Origin: Octopus vulgaris
Lineage: Eukaryota
Assembly: GCA_951406725.2 (NCBI GenBank)
Contig: OX597822.1
Coordinates: 83,452,001-83,516,000 of the forward strand
Length of the DNA stretch: 64,000 nucleotides
Direction: 5' to 3'
Part shown: in pieces, positions 25,421 to 39,499 of the stretch
Position numbering within the stretch: the first letter of the stretch is position 1
Layout: each line of letters begins with the position of its first letter
Translations under genes and position numbers: made by a program
Notes under the pieces: model-generated
Database searches by the model: none
What the model saw: only the letters and a program-made list of their open reading frames with translations
What the model was told of the DNA's origin: nothing

Positions 25421-27519
25421 GTGAGAGAGTGAGAGAGATAGCGACAGAGATAGAGAAAAGAAATGATGCAAAGCATGTAGGGAGAGCAAACATGACCATT
25501 GAAACAATAATACATATAGCAAAACAATCCTGCGTTCATATTTGAGGTTTGAAAAAGATTCTGCATTTATGAGATGACAATCCAATGCAATTTATTTGTT
25601 GTTGGCATTTTTCTTTCTTTTGGAGAAAAGATACACTTTATGACAACATTTACGTTTGATTTGTTTTTAATGTCTGCCCTTTCAAAGAAGGATTAAAATG
25701 TTTGTACAAATGCTAAACAATGAAAAATAAAAAGCATGAACTCGTATTAGACAGAGACCTTTTGGAAAGACAAAACTTCTGTTGAATCGAAAATAATTCT
25801 AATACTTAACCAGTAAAACAGCAGTGATGTGAACAACAACACTAGATCTCACATACACTCAAGGTTCGTCATGCGAAAACATTAGTGGAAAAAATTATTT
25901 TACCTGTATTATTTCAAATAAGATGATTTTACTTATAGACAAAACACTGACTCAGATATAGCTATGGTCAAACTGTATTTGTAAATTCTCTGTCACTTTG
26001 TCCGAGTAATTTATTTTAGAGCGATCACAGAGGAAACCAACGTATCTATGCATCAAAAGGGAAACCGAGAGAATTTCTAGATACAAGGAGCAGCATTACA
26101 TCCATTGATACACGTAAATCCAACGGGACCTTGGACCTGCTTTTCAAGGCCAAGGCTGAGATGAACATTGGGCTGAACTGATAGATAAAAACACTCACTC
26201 ATCGAAATAAATAGATAGGTGAAGTACTCACTTATCGACGTTTAACCGCTGTAAGGATCCATGCAACACAAAGTGGGTTGTTAGCTGCTTTGGTTCTGTT
26301 CTCACCCCTTGAATTGTTTCCACCTGTGTGTAGTAGTTTGGGCAGGTAAAACATACGAAAATGATGACAAACTACGTTTCATCGGGTGGGCTGTTTCGAT
26401 CCCTGACAACCACCGAGACCTTGTAAACTGTACCCTGTTATGAAGGTAGAAATTGATGTTGCAGAGACTAAGGATCAGCTATTACTCTGTTATTTATGAC
26501 TTTGAGTATCTGTTGTGTGTCTTCCGCCAGGAGAAGTTCAAACTATCTAAAAGAACGACAGCAACATCTATGAGTAGAGGACGCTGCCTCTCAAACTATG
26601 CGCTAAATAGAATCTTCGATATAGCAATCTCTTCACATCATTTCTAATTTGTAGCCATGTAACTCCGTTATAAGGCGCTTACAAGCATTTTTCTTTGGCG
26701 CTCTACCGACTCTGGCAACAGCAACGCCCCCAAAAAAATTAAAAAATACATGCGTGGATGGAATTTAAAGGACGAGAAGCAATGTTGTAGGTCTTCGGAT
26801 GATTTCATCTCAAAATGTAAATGGCTCTAAAAAAATACTACGAGACACTCTGTACATTGAACCAGATAATGTTGCATTCTTTACACCCAAAATAACTAAA
26901 TGTGAAAAAAACAACGATTTCTTTATATAAAATGAAAACTTATTAAAGTGAGTCTTCGTCCGGCAGCGAAAAAAATAGAAACACAATAAATAATATTCTT
27001 TATAGATTTCATTTATGATTAAAAGTATTTATAATGGAAATAGTAACGACATTCAACTTTATAGAATCAAATATATTGATTGAAAACGAAACGCCTTATC
27101 AATTCGTCGATTCGTTTAACCGTCTAGTGATTTAATGTACCAATATATATATATATATGTGTGTGTGTATGTGTGTGTGTATGTGTGTGTGTGTATGTAT
27201 GTATGTATGTATGTATGAGTATATGCATGTATGTATATATGTATGTATGTACGTATGTGTATGTGTGTGAGTGTATATTTGCGTGTGCGAGTATGATTCC
27301 AATCACAAATAATAAGCAGATAATTATTTATCGTCCATAAAAGTACACACGCTGTCTAATCGATACATGCGGTGATGTGTGAGTTTGCGTTTGTGTTTGT
27401 GTGTGTATATGTGTGTGTGCGCGCGCGTGCATGTGTGTGTGTGTTTCAATAGATGTAGGTATACAAGTCCACAAATCAAATAATTCAGGGAGTGGCAATC
27501 TATTCAACAGAGGAAGATC

Positions 27520-29580
27520 ATCTTTCCCTCCGCGACGCCCAGAACGATGTGATGTTCAAAATGAAGTTCGAACCTAACAGATGTTTGATAGGCCTAGCTA
27601 CATGCTTTTGAGCAGAAATTCGTTTTGCTTGAGAAACGCACTTCCTCCAGTGAAACAGAATATTATTTGAGGTTTCCTGTTTGGGAATCCAAACCACCTC
27701 GTTTCCATCAGAATTGTTGGCAGCTCTCATCCTTATACCAGCTGAACTTGAGATAACCCGTAATCTACGAAAAGCGAGTCACTTGAGCCTGAAGCAAAGG
27801 CTGAGAACAACACATAATGTTCTCTTTAAACTCTTTCAAACTTGGTTTCCTCAGATTGAAAGCTGCTAGTTGTACAGAAGAGTTCATATTCTTGAAGTTA
27901 ATATTTGTAGGGGTATTGCTGGCTTAATTACTGAGCTTATTAGAGAAACCCATAAGGAACAGAAATGACCTTGCAATTTTGAATTTGGTTCAAGTCAAAA
28001 TTTATGACTTCATTTCAGATAGATTAATCTCGCTTGTATTAAAACCGCCAAAGTATTCTCATTAAATCACGAATTATTTTCTGGATCGCTACAGTAATTT
28101 TAACTTAGGTCCACTCCTGGGTCAGAGACCTTTGATTGGCATTAGATTACAAAAGAAATAATAACACGCTGTGCAATGATTGCTATTCTTTTTGCCCTTG
28201 TCATAAATACGGTGAACAAGTTTGCCCAGATAGAATACAGAGAAATTCTACGCTTCATGAATAACACCCAAGATAGCAACATGTATTCATAGATTTAACA
28301 GGACAAGTATTTTGTGCCGCATGGAGTAGGTTGAGGATGCAATTATTTGCTAAACTTATTACCCTAACACCACATGTTTCAAGCTCGCAAGTCAGGCTTA
28401 CTTGTGCTGGAGAAGAGAAATTGGTCAAAACTTTCCGTGTCTCAATCTTCAGAACTGTCTCTATATACATTAAAGAGAAACAAATGACGATATATTCTAC
28501 TACAATCGAAAAGTCCAACAGTTGTATTGAATTCTGGCTCTCACCGAGGTTGACGATTAGGGTTGGTGCTGAAAACATTTCATTGGCATATTCGAGTTCC
28601 TTGAAGGGAACATCAGCTGTGCTCTTCACAAGGGAAGAGGACATTTGCACGGCTTTGGCAGTGCAGTTCTGTACAGTGTGTGGAAGCACTCCGTCGGTTA
28701 CGACGATGAGGGTTCCGGTTGATCCGAATCAACGGAACAGCCTGCTCGTGAAATTAACGTGTAAGTGGCTGAGCACTCCACAGACACGTGTACCCTTAAC
28801 GTAGTTCTCGGGGATATTCAGCGTGACACAGAGAGTGACAAGGCCGGCCCTTTAAAATACAGGTACAACAGAAACAGGAAGTAAGAGTGAGAGAAAGTTG
28901 TGGTGAAAGAGTATAGCAGGGATCACCATCATCCCTGCCGGAGCCTCGTGGAGCTTTAGGTGTTTTCGCTCAATAAACACTCACAACGCCCGGTCTGGGA
29001 ATCGAAACCGCGATCCTATGACCGCGAGTCCGCTGCCCTAACCACTGGGCCATTGCGCCTCCGCGATTTCTGTACAAGACCATTAAGAGTTTGCAGCTAT
29101 TGTTCAGTGGCGGTAATGAAGATATTTTGGTGACACAAACGTTTTTCAACAGAGTGATTTCCAACTGGCATATGGAAGGGAAAAGAGAAGAAATGGAGAG
29201 CAGACAAATCAGTAGAACCGGTACAGTGTCATATATAATTCAAACTGAACTGTTGAGCGACATAGAAGAGGCAGGACAGACTGAGGTTGTCAAGATCTAC
29301 AGCACGAGGAGAAAAAGAACTTGTCATAAAGAGAGAGTGGTTAGGACACTGAAGCTCAATCAGTAGAGAAGAAAACGGAGAGTGTCTCACAGCATAAAAT
29401 CTAATATCAGTCACGTGGGACTATCATCTTGTGTGATCCCTTAGGCTCCTTATCCCCGATTTCTAGGATGCCCCACAAAGCCCAAATGATTTTTACATTT
29501 GAAGCCATAGTAAAGCAATTCCTGATCATGGAAGCTCTGAAAGACAATCACTAGCTATCCGGGGGCATTTGGAATTGTAT
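27520..29580 (-). mobile_element. Decayed RTE-clade LINE interrupted by a SINE
   Basis: Minus-strand remnants KCP...VFQSFHDQ (about 29520-29570) and ELEYANE (decayed LEYADD, in ORF 28255-28689), with an LWVSL/LYGEL-like region near 27950. Confidence 0.55.
28687..29062 (-). mobile_element. Nin/Deu-domain-type tRNA SINE, full length
   Basis: Head ggaggcgcaatggcccagtggttagggcagcggactcg...ggtttcgattcc. 3' part aatttcacgagcaggctgttccgttga...cgtcgtaaccgacggagtg. Candidate TSD ttctgtaca at 28667-28675 and 29068-29076. Confidence 0.88.
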
Positions 29581-29630
29581 ATATGCATATGTAAATATTA
29601 TCTATGTATATATTAAACTATTTATTATAC

Positions 29631-29701
<71 letters not shown>

Positions 29702-29713
29702 TATATATTTATT

Positions 29714-29750
<37 letters not shown>

Positions 29751-30926
29751 TTACTTACTTGCACACACATACAGACACACACACAGACACATATATGAAA
29801 CGGAATAAAGTAGTAAAACTATTCTTCCAATTTGTATACAACGTGATCTAAAGGAAGATAAGAAGAAAGTAGCGCGCAGCAAATTCACAAACCATGGTCT
29901 TCAAAATTTCCCATGAAACAAAAATAGAATATTGAAGATGGATACTTTAAGCATTAAACATACAAAACCGAAATAAACCGGCGACATTTATGAACCACAA
30001 TCGAAATAAACACGTGATTGAGCATGGATAAATATAACGACCGAATTTCAAATTTTGGTGATAAAATCTACGCAGAAATGCCTATCAAATAATATTTATT
30101 TTCTGCAATAAAAGCAAGTAGAGATGTCAGAAACATCCCAATTTAATGACAGATTTTGGAATTTATTGTTATTATTATTGTTGTGATTTTTCTTCCCTAT
30201 GGAAATGAATGAACGGGAACTTCCATTTCGGTAATTAGGGAAAATGTGATTGTAACAACAGTTCTCTAATTGAATCACACACTACTTTATAGACATGTGA
30301 GGCAGTTCATACGATATATTTCAGTTTTGTATTTCGTATTACAATTATTCTTCCTATCTTTCACATTCTTAGATGCTTTGGGTTTGTCTGTTTAATAAAT
30401 TGACACGTCCAATAGTGAAATTTTAGTTTTAAATCCCATATAGAAAGAAATACCCCATTTAATATGGCAAGACTGTATATATCCAATAGTTACGGACACA
30501 AGAAATCGAGAAATATAACAGGTGGAACGAAATCTAAACGTCTTAACAAACGCGAAATTCGCATCGAGGAAAGAAATATAAAGGGTAACAAACTGCAGAG
30601 AGGCTCGCCGTGAGCGTGTGAAATAACAGAACAGGGCATAGTTCAAATACAAGGAGAAGGAAATGAAGATTTATGCAAAGATTAATTGCAAAACAAGAAA
30701 GAAAGCAACAAAAAAAAAGATAAAAAGAAAAGCAAAAAGACACAAAACAAAATTTACTGCATTACATGCCAACAATCCAAGGTGAATTATGTTGTACTTA
30801 TTTTGTCTTAAGTTTGGTACTTATTTATTTGGACTCGTTTGCCGGAACGCTAAGTTACGGGGACATAAACACGCCAACTCATACACACACTCACTCACGC
30901 ACACACATACACATACACACACACAC

Positions 30927-31003
<77 letters not shown>

Positions 31004-31005
<2 letters not shown>

Positions 31006-31178
31006 TGCAGGCGTGGCTGTGTGGGAAGAAGCTTGCTTCCCAACCACAAGGTTTCAGGTTTCAGTTCCGCTGCGTGGCACCGTGAGCAAGTGTCTTCTAC
31101 TATAGCATCGGGCCGACCAAATCCTTGTGAGTGGATTTGGTAGACAGAAACTGAAAGAAGCGCGTCGTGCATATATAA

Positions 31179-31236
<58 letters not shown>

Positions 31237-31467
31237 TTGTGTGTGTGCGTGAGTATTTGTGTGTCTGTGTTTGTCCCCCCAACATCGCTTGACAACCGAT
31301 TATCGTGTGTTTACGTCCCAGTAACTTAGCAGTTCGGCAAAACAAATCGACAGAATAAGTACTAGGCTTACAAAGAACAAGTAACGGGGTCGATTTGTTC
31401 CACTAAATGCAGTGCTCCAGCATAGCCGCAGTCAAATGACTGAAACAGGTAAAAGAATAAAAGAATA
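31004..31467 (+). mobile_element. CORE-type SINE, full length, with internal (TA)n(TG)n
   Basis: Same head, core, microsatellite and tail architecture as 21294-21800. Confidence 0.92.
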
Positions 31468-31624
31468 TATTGATTAAACAGCCCCTTTATATATATCAAT
31501 AGAAATTAATACGCAATGCAGAATTAAATAATTATACTCTACGTATAATTATTGAAAGCTGGTAATTACTTCACAGTTTCGCTTATAAAAATTGACCGCA
31601 CGGTAAGATGAATGTATTGGACTT

Positions 31625-32215
31625 ATATTCTTTTCTGTTCTAGACAAAAGACCCGGTATTTTTTGTGGAGGGAGCCAGTTGATTAGATCGACCTCAGTAC
31701 GCTACTGGTACTTAATTTATCGAGCCCGAAAGGATGAAAGGCAAAGTCGACCTTGGCGGAATTTGAACTCAGAACATAACGGCAGATGAAATACCTATTT
31801 CCTTACTATCAACAATGGGCTAAACATAGAGAGGACAAACAAAGACAGACAAACGGATTAAATCGATTATATCGACCCCAGTGCGTAATTGGTACTTCTT
31901 TAATCTACCCCAGAAGGATGAAAGGCAAAGTCGACCTCGGCGGAATTTGAACTCAGAACGTAGTGGCAAATGAAATACCTATTTCTTTACTGCCCACAAG
32001 GGGCTAAAAACAGAGGGAACAAACAAGGTGAAACAAATGGATTAAGTTGATTATATCGACACCAGTGCGTAACTGGTACTTATTTAATCTACCCCCGAAA
32101 GGATGAAAGGCAAAGTCGACCTCGGCGGAAATTGAACTCAGAACGTAGCAGCAGACGAAATAGCGCAAAGCATTTTGCCCGGCGTGCTTAACGATTCTGC
32201 CAGCTCGCCGCCTTA
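31625..32215 (-). mobile_element. Meta-domain-type SINE trimer (184-bp period)
   Basis: Three copies of aaaggcaaagtcgacctcggcggaatttgaactcagaac, with junctions gaaatacc|tatttc at 31795/6 and 31979/80. Only one complete head is present (to 32215). Confidence 0.9.
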
Positions 32216-32928
32216 ATTTGGACATATATTGTTTTCTGAAAATATGTTAATTGGAATTTTAAACTGCTTAAAAGAACCCTGTAGAGCAATAGAGAAGAGA
32301 TATGAGCAGTCGTTTTTGATTGCACTACATTTGAAGTAGTGTTGAAACATTAGTACTGGAAAAGGTAGACATCTTGTGTAAGAGTGTGGGGTTGGAACGT
32401 TTCTGCGAGCCTACGCTGAATGGAATTTTTCGTATTGGAAAAGTGTATGAACGGGTGTGTATGTGTAGAGGTGTGTGAGTGTGAACGCGTGTGTGTATTT
32501 ATGTGTATGTTTGTGTGTTAGTGTAGTAGGCGTTAGGCTAACAAAATATTTGTTGAAACATTGAAAAATAAATGTCTAATCTTATGACAGGTGTTTCAAG
32601 GAATATTTAGAAAGAAGGAAATGAGAGAAGAACAGAGAGTAAGAAATGGAAAGTATGTAGAAGAGAAAATGGAAATGGGTGAAATATAATTATGTGTTTA
32701 AATATTTAGAAAGATAAATTTTATGGAAAGGAATTGAATTTATGTGAAGTTTGCCAACATTTAGCGGCGTACGGTCACTTTTTGCTCAGCTTGTAAGCAT
32801 ATATGTACATTATATATATATATATATATATATATACATTTATATATATATGCATAGGGAAGTACATAGCACGCATAAATTTTTACATATATGTAAGTAT
32901 ATACATATGTATATATATGTGTGTGTGC

Positions 32929-32982
<54 letters not shown>

Positions 32983-33039
32983 TTAAGTACTTTTGTGCAT
33001 ATATACATATCTTCATACATGCATATATACATATATCTA

Positions 33040-33088
<49 letters not shown>

Positions 33089-33111
33089 GTATCTATCTAT
33101 CTATCTATCTA

Positions 33112-33207
<96 letters not shown>

Positions 33208-33383
33208 CAATATATATTTAAACTGAACATTTTGATGAGTACATCGATTCATTAAATTCCTAACAATCAAATCATGTATTTTATCAATTCTTTCTAGGCA
33301 ATTAAACGCAATAAATCCATATTCTTTCTTCCAAACATCTCCCATCTCTTATATAGCAATTTTCAAGACTACTACAATAATAT

Positions 33384-33752
33384 CCATCGGTTACGACGAC
33401 GAGGGTTCCAGTTGATCCAATCAACAGAGCAGCCTGCTCGTGAAATTAACGTGCAAGTGGCTGAGCACTCTACAGACACGTACAGCCTTAGCGTAGTTCT
33501 CGGGAGATTCAGTGTGACACAGAGTGTGACAAGGCTGGCCCTTTAAAATGAAGGTACAACAGAAACAGGAAGAAAGAATGATAGAAAATTGTTGTGAAAA
33601 GCTACAGCTGGCTTTGCCCCGCCCTTGCTGAAGCCTTGTGGAGCTTTAGGAGTTTTCGCTCAATAAACACTCAACGCCCGGCCTGGGAATCGAAACCGCG
33701 ATCCTACGACCGCGAGTCCGCAGCCCTAACCACTGGGCCATTGCGACTCCAC
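33384..33752 (-). mobile_element. Nin/Deu-domain-type tRNA SINE, full length, with a 13-bp TSD
   Basis: Colinear with 28687-29062. TSD actacaataatat at 33371-33383 and 33753-33765. Confidence 0.9.
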
Positions 33753-33805
33753 ACTACAATAATATACGTGTGAAATTAAAGAGTATATGCACGTACGATT
33801 GTATG

Positions 33806-33858
<53 letters not shown>

Positions 33859-34115
33859 TAAAATAGTTATCTCTGTACATAGTTTTCTATATGATCATAT
33901 TTTACACCGCGATAAATATGCAGCGTTTGTCTGCTGAACTCTTTGGATTCGCAGAAAGTTTGATTTTCTTTGATTTTTATTGCCTTACTGGCGGATTGTG
34001 AGTAATTTTAGAATACCTCCGACTACTTTGTTAGCTAATTGTACCACGGTGTGCCAGCGAGTTTAATGCCTCGATTGTAAACAGGCACCGTTACTTGATA
34101 CATACTTATATATTA

Positions 34116-34187
<72 letters not shown>

Positions 34188-34384
34188 ATAATAAAGGGTA
34201 AAATTAAATAATTAATAATTAATAATTTTACCAAGAAGTTCGGTATGTTAAAAGAACAATTATCGGTAAACTTATACAAAAATTCTATAATTATAAGCAT
34301 AATTACAATTAGTGTTCAGCAAAATTTGCTTCACCACATATCGAAATTTAGATATAACAGTTAAACTACTATTCTACTACTATA

Positions 34385-34743
34385 AGCTGGATGGAACCTA
34401 CACTCGCCTCCTTATGAGAGTTCAAAATCTCTCGTGGAAGCGCCATCCAACCAAAATGCAAATATATGGGAAGCTACCACCTGTGTCATCTCTTGTGAAA
34501 GGTAAGAGAGTCCAGTTTGCTGGACATTGTTGTAGAGCTGAAAAAGAGGTAATTTCTCCTCTTCTCCTCTGGAAGCCATCTACTCGCAATACCAGAGGGC
34601 GCACACTCTCCTACCCTGATGTAATCTCCAGGGATACAGGCATCCAGCAACAGGACCTCCGTAATGCCATGATGGACCGTGAAGTCTGGCGTAGCATGGT
34701 AAATTCCATTGTCTCGACCACGGTCGAATAATGATGATGATGA
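34385..34743 (+). mobile_element. 5'-truncated RTE-clade LINE 3' end, still an open frame
   Basis: KLDGTYTRLLMRVQNLSWKRHPT...RVQFAGHCCRA...LLLWKP...RGR...AMMDREVWR, then a stop and a (TGA)n tail. Confidence 0.85.
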
Positions 34744-36028
34744 CTATACAACGAATCCACCAGGATCTGATTAACTGTATACGCGTTTCGGAGTTAGAGA
34801 GATGTGAAAAATGTAAAATCATATTTCTACTCTGAGTAGAAATATAAATTTACATGTTTAACGATGTCGATAAGACTAAAAGCGTGGTCAACCTCCCCGG
34901 GATTTGTCATTACAACGTAAAGAGTTCAAATATGTGTCGTTCAGTATTTTTGTCCAATGCACCAACGATTCTACCAGGTTTCTGCGTTAGTAATAATGAT
35001 AACAATAATAAAAGAAGAAAAATAGTGAATTAGAGCCAGTAATTGGCTTAATGACCCTCCTCAAACTCAACAAAAAAGGCCTGATCAAACATTTTTAGAT
35101 TATATGGCTAATATGCTGTCTACGACAATTCAAGTAATCTCGTATGTATTGCTTTTTGTGGCGCTGATGCTATTGTTGTTTTTGTATTTTGTTTTAAGAC
35201 AAACTGCAGAGAGAATTACATTATCCAATATGTTTTCCCGTTTTGTAAAGCAGTTTGGTTAAGAGGTCTCTGATACATTTGTTGTTTCATTTCGACATAA
35301 TAAATCACAGATTTGAAGGATCAACATCGTAAAAGATTACAACCGAAGGGTGTGCGATTACTGAATGGCATACATCATCATTAAATTCTCCTGATCCATT
35401 CGTAGACAAGGTGACAAGTTAATTAAGGAAGACAAGATATATAATAAAGGGTGAGAATTTTGAAATTGTGTTCAATAGCCCCTAATTTATAATGTTATAA
35501 CAAACCAAGAAATAAGTTAGGAAACGATTGAAGTAGGCCAACACGGCACTAAATATCACTTAAAATGAAATCAAAAGTACTAAAAGTGCCACACGGTGTC
35601 TGTAGGGAATGTATTAGCAAAATGCATTGCAATTATACATGGCTGTAACTACAAGAAGCAAATTAATCGTCTTGAAACAAAAAAAATATTTCTGTTATTA
35701 TATTCACAGCTCACAATCTCTCTCCCCACCACACATGCACACATGCACACACACATACACATATATATGTGTGTATGTATACGTATATTATATATATAAA
35801 TATATATATATATGTATATATATAAATATATATATATATGTATATATATACATATATACACATAGAAACACACACACGTGAGAACGAAGTAACGTATATA
35901 CATACGCACGTGTTAAACTCTTTCGGTATGCAAATTAGGGACTCCTTCATAGAGTAACAGCTGCACTTGTTGAGTATATAAACAGTTTGGCTGTTTACTT
36001 CTCTAGAGATTGTGAGAATGGTGTAGAC

Positions 36029-36071
36029 GCCTCTGATGATAACCCAATAAGGTTCGAAAATCAATTAAGGT
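36029..36071 (+). ncRNA. Minimal type I hammerhead ribozyme motif (family E)
   Basis: GCCU-CUGAUGA-u AACC caauaa GGUU c-GAAA-AU ca AU-UA-AGGU. Stem I is GCCU/AGGU, the core is intact, stem II has 4 bp, stem III has 3 bp, and the predicted cleavage triplet is UUA. Confidence 0.7.
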
Positions 36072-36970
36072 TATTCATCATTTGTTTTCATTTCGCGGAG
36101 AAATGGCTAAAAAATTTGCCCTGTGTTATAATTATACCACATGTTACATAAACGTGTATGTAAATATATACATATATATCTATATATACATACACACACA
36201 CATACATATATAGGTATAAATATATAGATATATAGATATATCGCTTAGACGCAGTGATTCCAAGAACCTAGTGTTAGAACTGAGTATGCTTATGCTTTAG
36301 TCAAACACAAAGAGTACTAAAAAAATTACTCGGAACCAAAAAAATTACTCGGAACCAAAAAAATAGGCGACAACTTCATTGGCTTACATCTGTTTCTGCA
36401 ATAAGATGCAATGCACTTATAATTGCATACTTGCGTAACACCTTATAGCTTGGTGCATGGCTTAGTGATTAGAATGTTTCGCTCACGATCGGGAGATCGA
36501 GGTTTTAATTCCTGGAACGTGTTGGGCGTTATGTTATTCAGCAGAGCGCATCATCTTTGCTTTCGAAAATGAAATGTTATAAGATAGATACGTTAATACC
36601 ATAATGTACTACCTATAAAACCACGTGACCTTGTGGATTCAACAGACGGTAGATTTATATATAAAAAGTATAACAGTTGACATATTATTTTGTAAGACGT
36701 TTCAACATTACAGCATAGCGTTAGTGTTATTATTTATGCACCGACACGTACACACATGCGCACACAAGCACACATAGCGATAGTACGCATGTGCATACAT
36801 ATATCTACGATCACACGCTCTACGTTCTCACACATACAATCTAAAACTAGCCGCTTCCAGACATGTGTACACACACACACCCACACACACGCATACACAG
36901 TTAGATTATTCATAATTCTGTATTGTGTCACCCTGTTCCTTGTGTTGTCTTGGATGTTTGTGTATAGCAA

Positions 36971-37090
36971 TTCTTCTTCTTCTTCTTCTTCTTCTTCTTC
37001 TTCTTCTTCTTCTTCTTCTTCTTCTTCTTCTCTTCTTCTTCTTCTTCTTCTTCTTCTTCTTCTTCTTCTTCTCCTCCTCCTCCTCCTTCT
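36971..37090. repeat. (CTT)n/(CTC)n microsatellite
   Basis: Read directly from the sequence. Confidence 0.95.
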
Positions 37091-39499
37091 CATTATTATA
37101 ATTTTTATAGTCAGGTAAAAGATCTCATCACAAGCTCATGGGACCTGCGACGGATTCCATGATAAACAAGTACCATCCGTTCCATGGTCGAGTGGTCAGT
37201 GACTAAACTGACTAGGGAAGAGGGTGTCTGGACTTCGAGCAGAACTAAAAACAAAACCCATCGAAAGCGGATGAGCTCCTTGCGGCCCAATGGACAGCTA
37301 TTTAGGGAAGACAATGACAAACCAACCCGATATCTCCGCCAAGAAGTTACTGTGAGAAAGTGAGAACGAAATAACGCAATAACTTCATCCATTGGGAGAA
37401 CTGGCGCTTAACGGAAATACTTTCGTTGCATTCATCAAGGCAAAAGCGTATGATACATGACAACAACTGTTATTACGAATATGTTTTGGTGTAAATGAGA
37501 TTGTTTTGAGATAGTTGCAAGAAAATTGGATTATTGCCACGTTTAAAATGGATGGAGTTCTTTTCTGAATTATTTTATATACATAGAAGTTGAGAACATG
37601 TGGATTAGAAAAAAAATATTCTCGTTTCAAGCACACAGCCAAAAAATGGGGAAAACAGGATAAAACAAACCGAAAAAAAAAGACGGACAGATATAAATTT
37701 TGTTAAAGGAGAAAAGTAACATAATTTTAACTAGTGAAAAAATCACTGAAGAAAACGTTAATAACGGAAAAATTTCTTTCGCTAGAGTTACTAGCCAAAG
37801 GGAATTTATATTGTTAGGCCGCCAATGAAAACCTTTGGTGACATATCACCCAGCGGTAGTGTTTTCGAATCTAAGGGATTTATCCAAGAACGGGCCAGAG
37901 TAATTAAGCATTTGTACTTTGTAAACGAGGGAGGACGTGGAGAAGAAGGTGATTTTCAGTTGCTCTCAGGAGAAAGACTCTATTGGGCTATAGAAGCATT
38001 TTTTCTGTATAGACCGGGGCTTGAAATATAGGAATGTGAACCCACAATCTAAACACGAGAACAAGGAAAACAAAGCAGGTGCTTTATGTGCGTGAGCCAC
38101 AAAATAGTATTGCAATAAATACATGGGACAACAAAAGGCGATGATGACCAATGTAAAACAAAATAGAACTACAATACATTGGAACAATGAAACACGATGG
38201 CCAAGATAGAAAACATTGTTGTAAATATTATATTGATCTAACACTTACTGTCGAAGATGATGAGCACCGTTTTGATTAGAAATAGGATATGGTCGCCTGG
38301 GGGAGGCGAGCGTAGAGATGCAGTTTCTAATAACTGTGAAAAACCAGAAAACAATACCGGAGTTATATGATATACGTGCAGAAATAGGAGCAAGAAAACT
38401 GCAGGTGTAGGTTTGAAAGCCCAGATGAAATACACGTTTCAGTAAGTTGAGGCCAAGGGATATTTACCTTAAGGACCTAGAAAGACAGATCGCATTTGAG
38501 TGAGAGGCAGAAAGAGAAAATGAGAGAGAGGGAGGGGGAAGAGAAAGAGTTAGTGAGAATGAGAAAGAGAAAGTGAGAGAGAGGGAGGGGAAGAGAAAGA
38601 GTGAGTGAGAACGAAAGAGAAAGAGAGGAAATCATCGATAATATAGGCAGAAACAACGACAGCGAATCAGTAAACTAGATTTTCAGAGCACCACGGACCG
38701 CCTGCAATACCAAAAAGGAAGAGGACATAGAAGTCTAATACAAATGATAGCAAAAATAGTAAAAATTCTTACAAGATATAACAGAATTCAAAATAATTGC
38801 TTTGCCAAAAAGGGCGAGCAGAAACGTTGCAAACGAATTCATCTTTTCCGTAGAAACATTCAATTAACGGATGATATAAATGAATTTCAAATATATATAT
38901 ATATATATCAGAAAAAGCGTAGATAATGGGCATTGTACATTTATTTTTTTGTGCATTGTAGACTCACAACTGTTTCTGCTAAGTATTTTAGGTGCGTTGA
39001 CGGTCCTGTTTACCCAGTCATTCGATTGATCGATTGAAAAAGTGAACGGCTGGTATAAATGCTATCATCTTTAGAATCAGCACATCGTGCAATAAAGTAA
39101 ACGGAAACGAAAGTAATTAAGATATGGAAAGAGGGAGTGGGAGATAGGAAGTCGCCAACAATATAGTTGGCAACATTGACAACCAATCAGGGTTTCCGAT
39201 TACGTGTAACACAGACGATGCAAGAATTATATTGTCGATAAAAACCGCATTAATAAGCCATGAACTATTATTGTTTTACCCTCCAAGGAATGCAGGGATT
39301 TCTTTATCATTATAATACCTCAGTTTGCATGTGGGGGTGGAGATTGTGTCCCTTTATTTTTAATATTTGGATATCAATTTTTGTCAAATATGTCTTCAAA
39401 TGTTTTCGTTATTTGCAAAATTATTTGCAAAATTATTTGCAAATAAATTCAATATTCGGAAATATATTTCCAAATATTGAAAATCTTTGCATACAAAAA

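Noticed and set aside
28990-29062. tRNA gene
   Set aside because: A and B boxes are present, but the sequence continues into a SINE body found in several copies; it is a tRNA-derived head, not a gene.
31625-32215. Regularly spaced repeats as a CRISPR array
   Set aside because: The intervening segments are also homologous to each other; these are SINE units.
36318-36363. 19-bp tandem duplication aaaaaaattactcggaacc (similar small duplications at 38510-38630 and 39405-39445)
   Set aside because: Ordinary local slippage duplications with no further structure.
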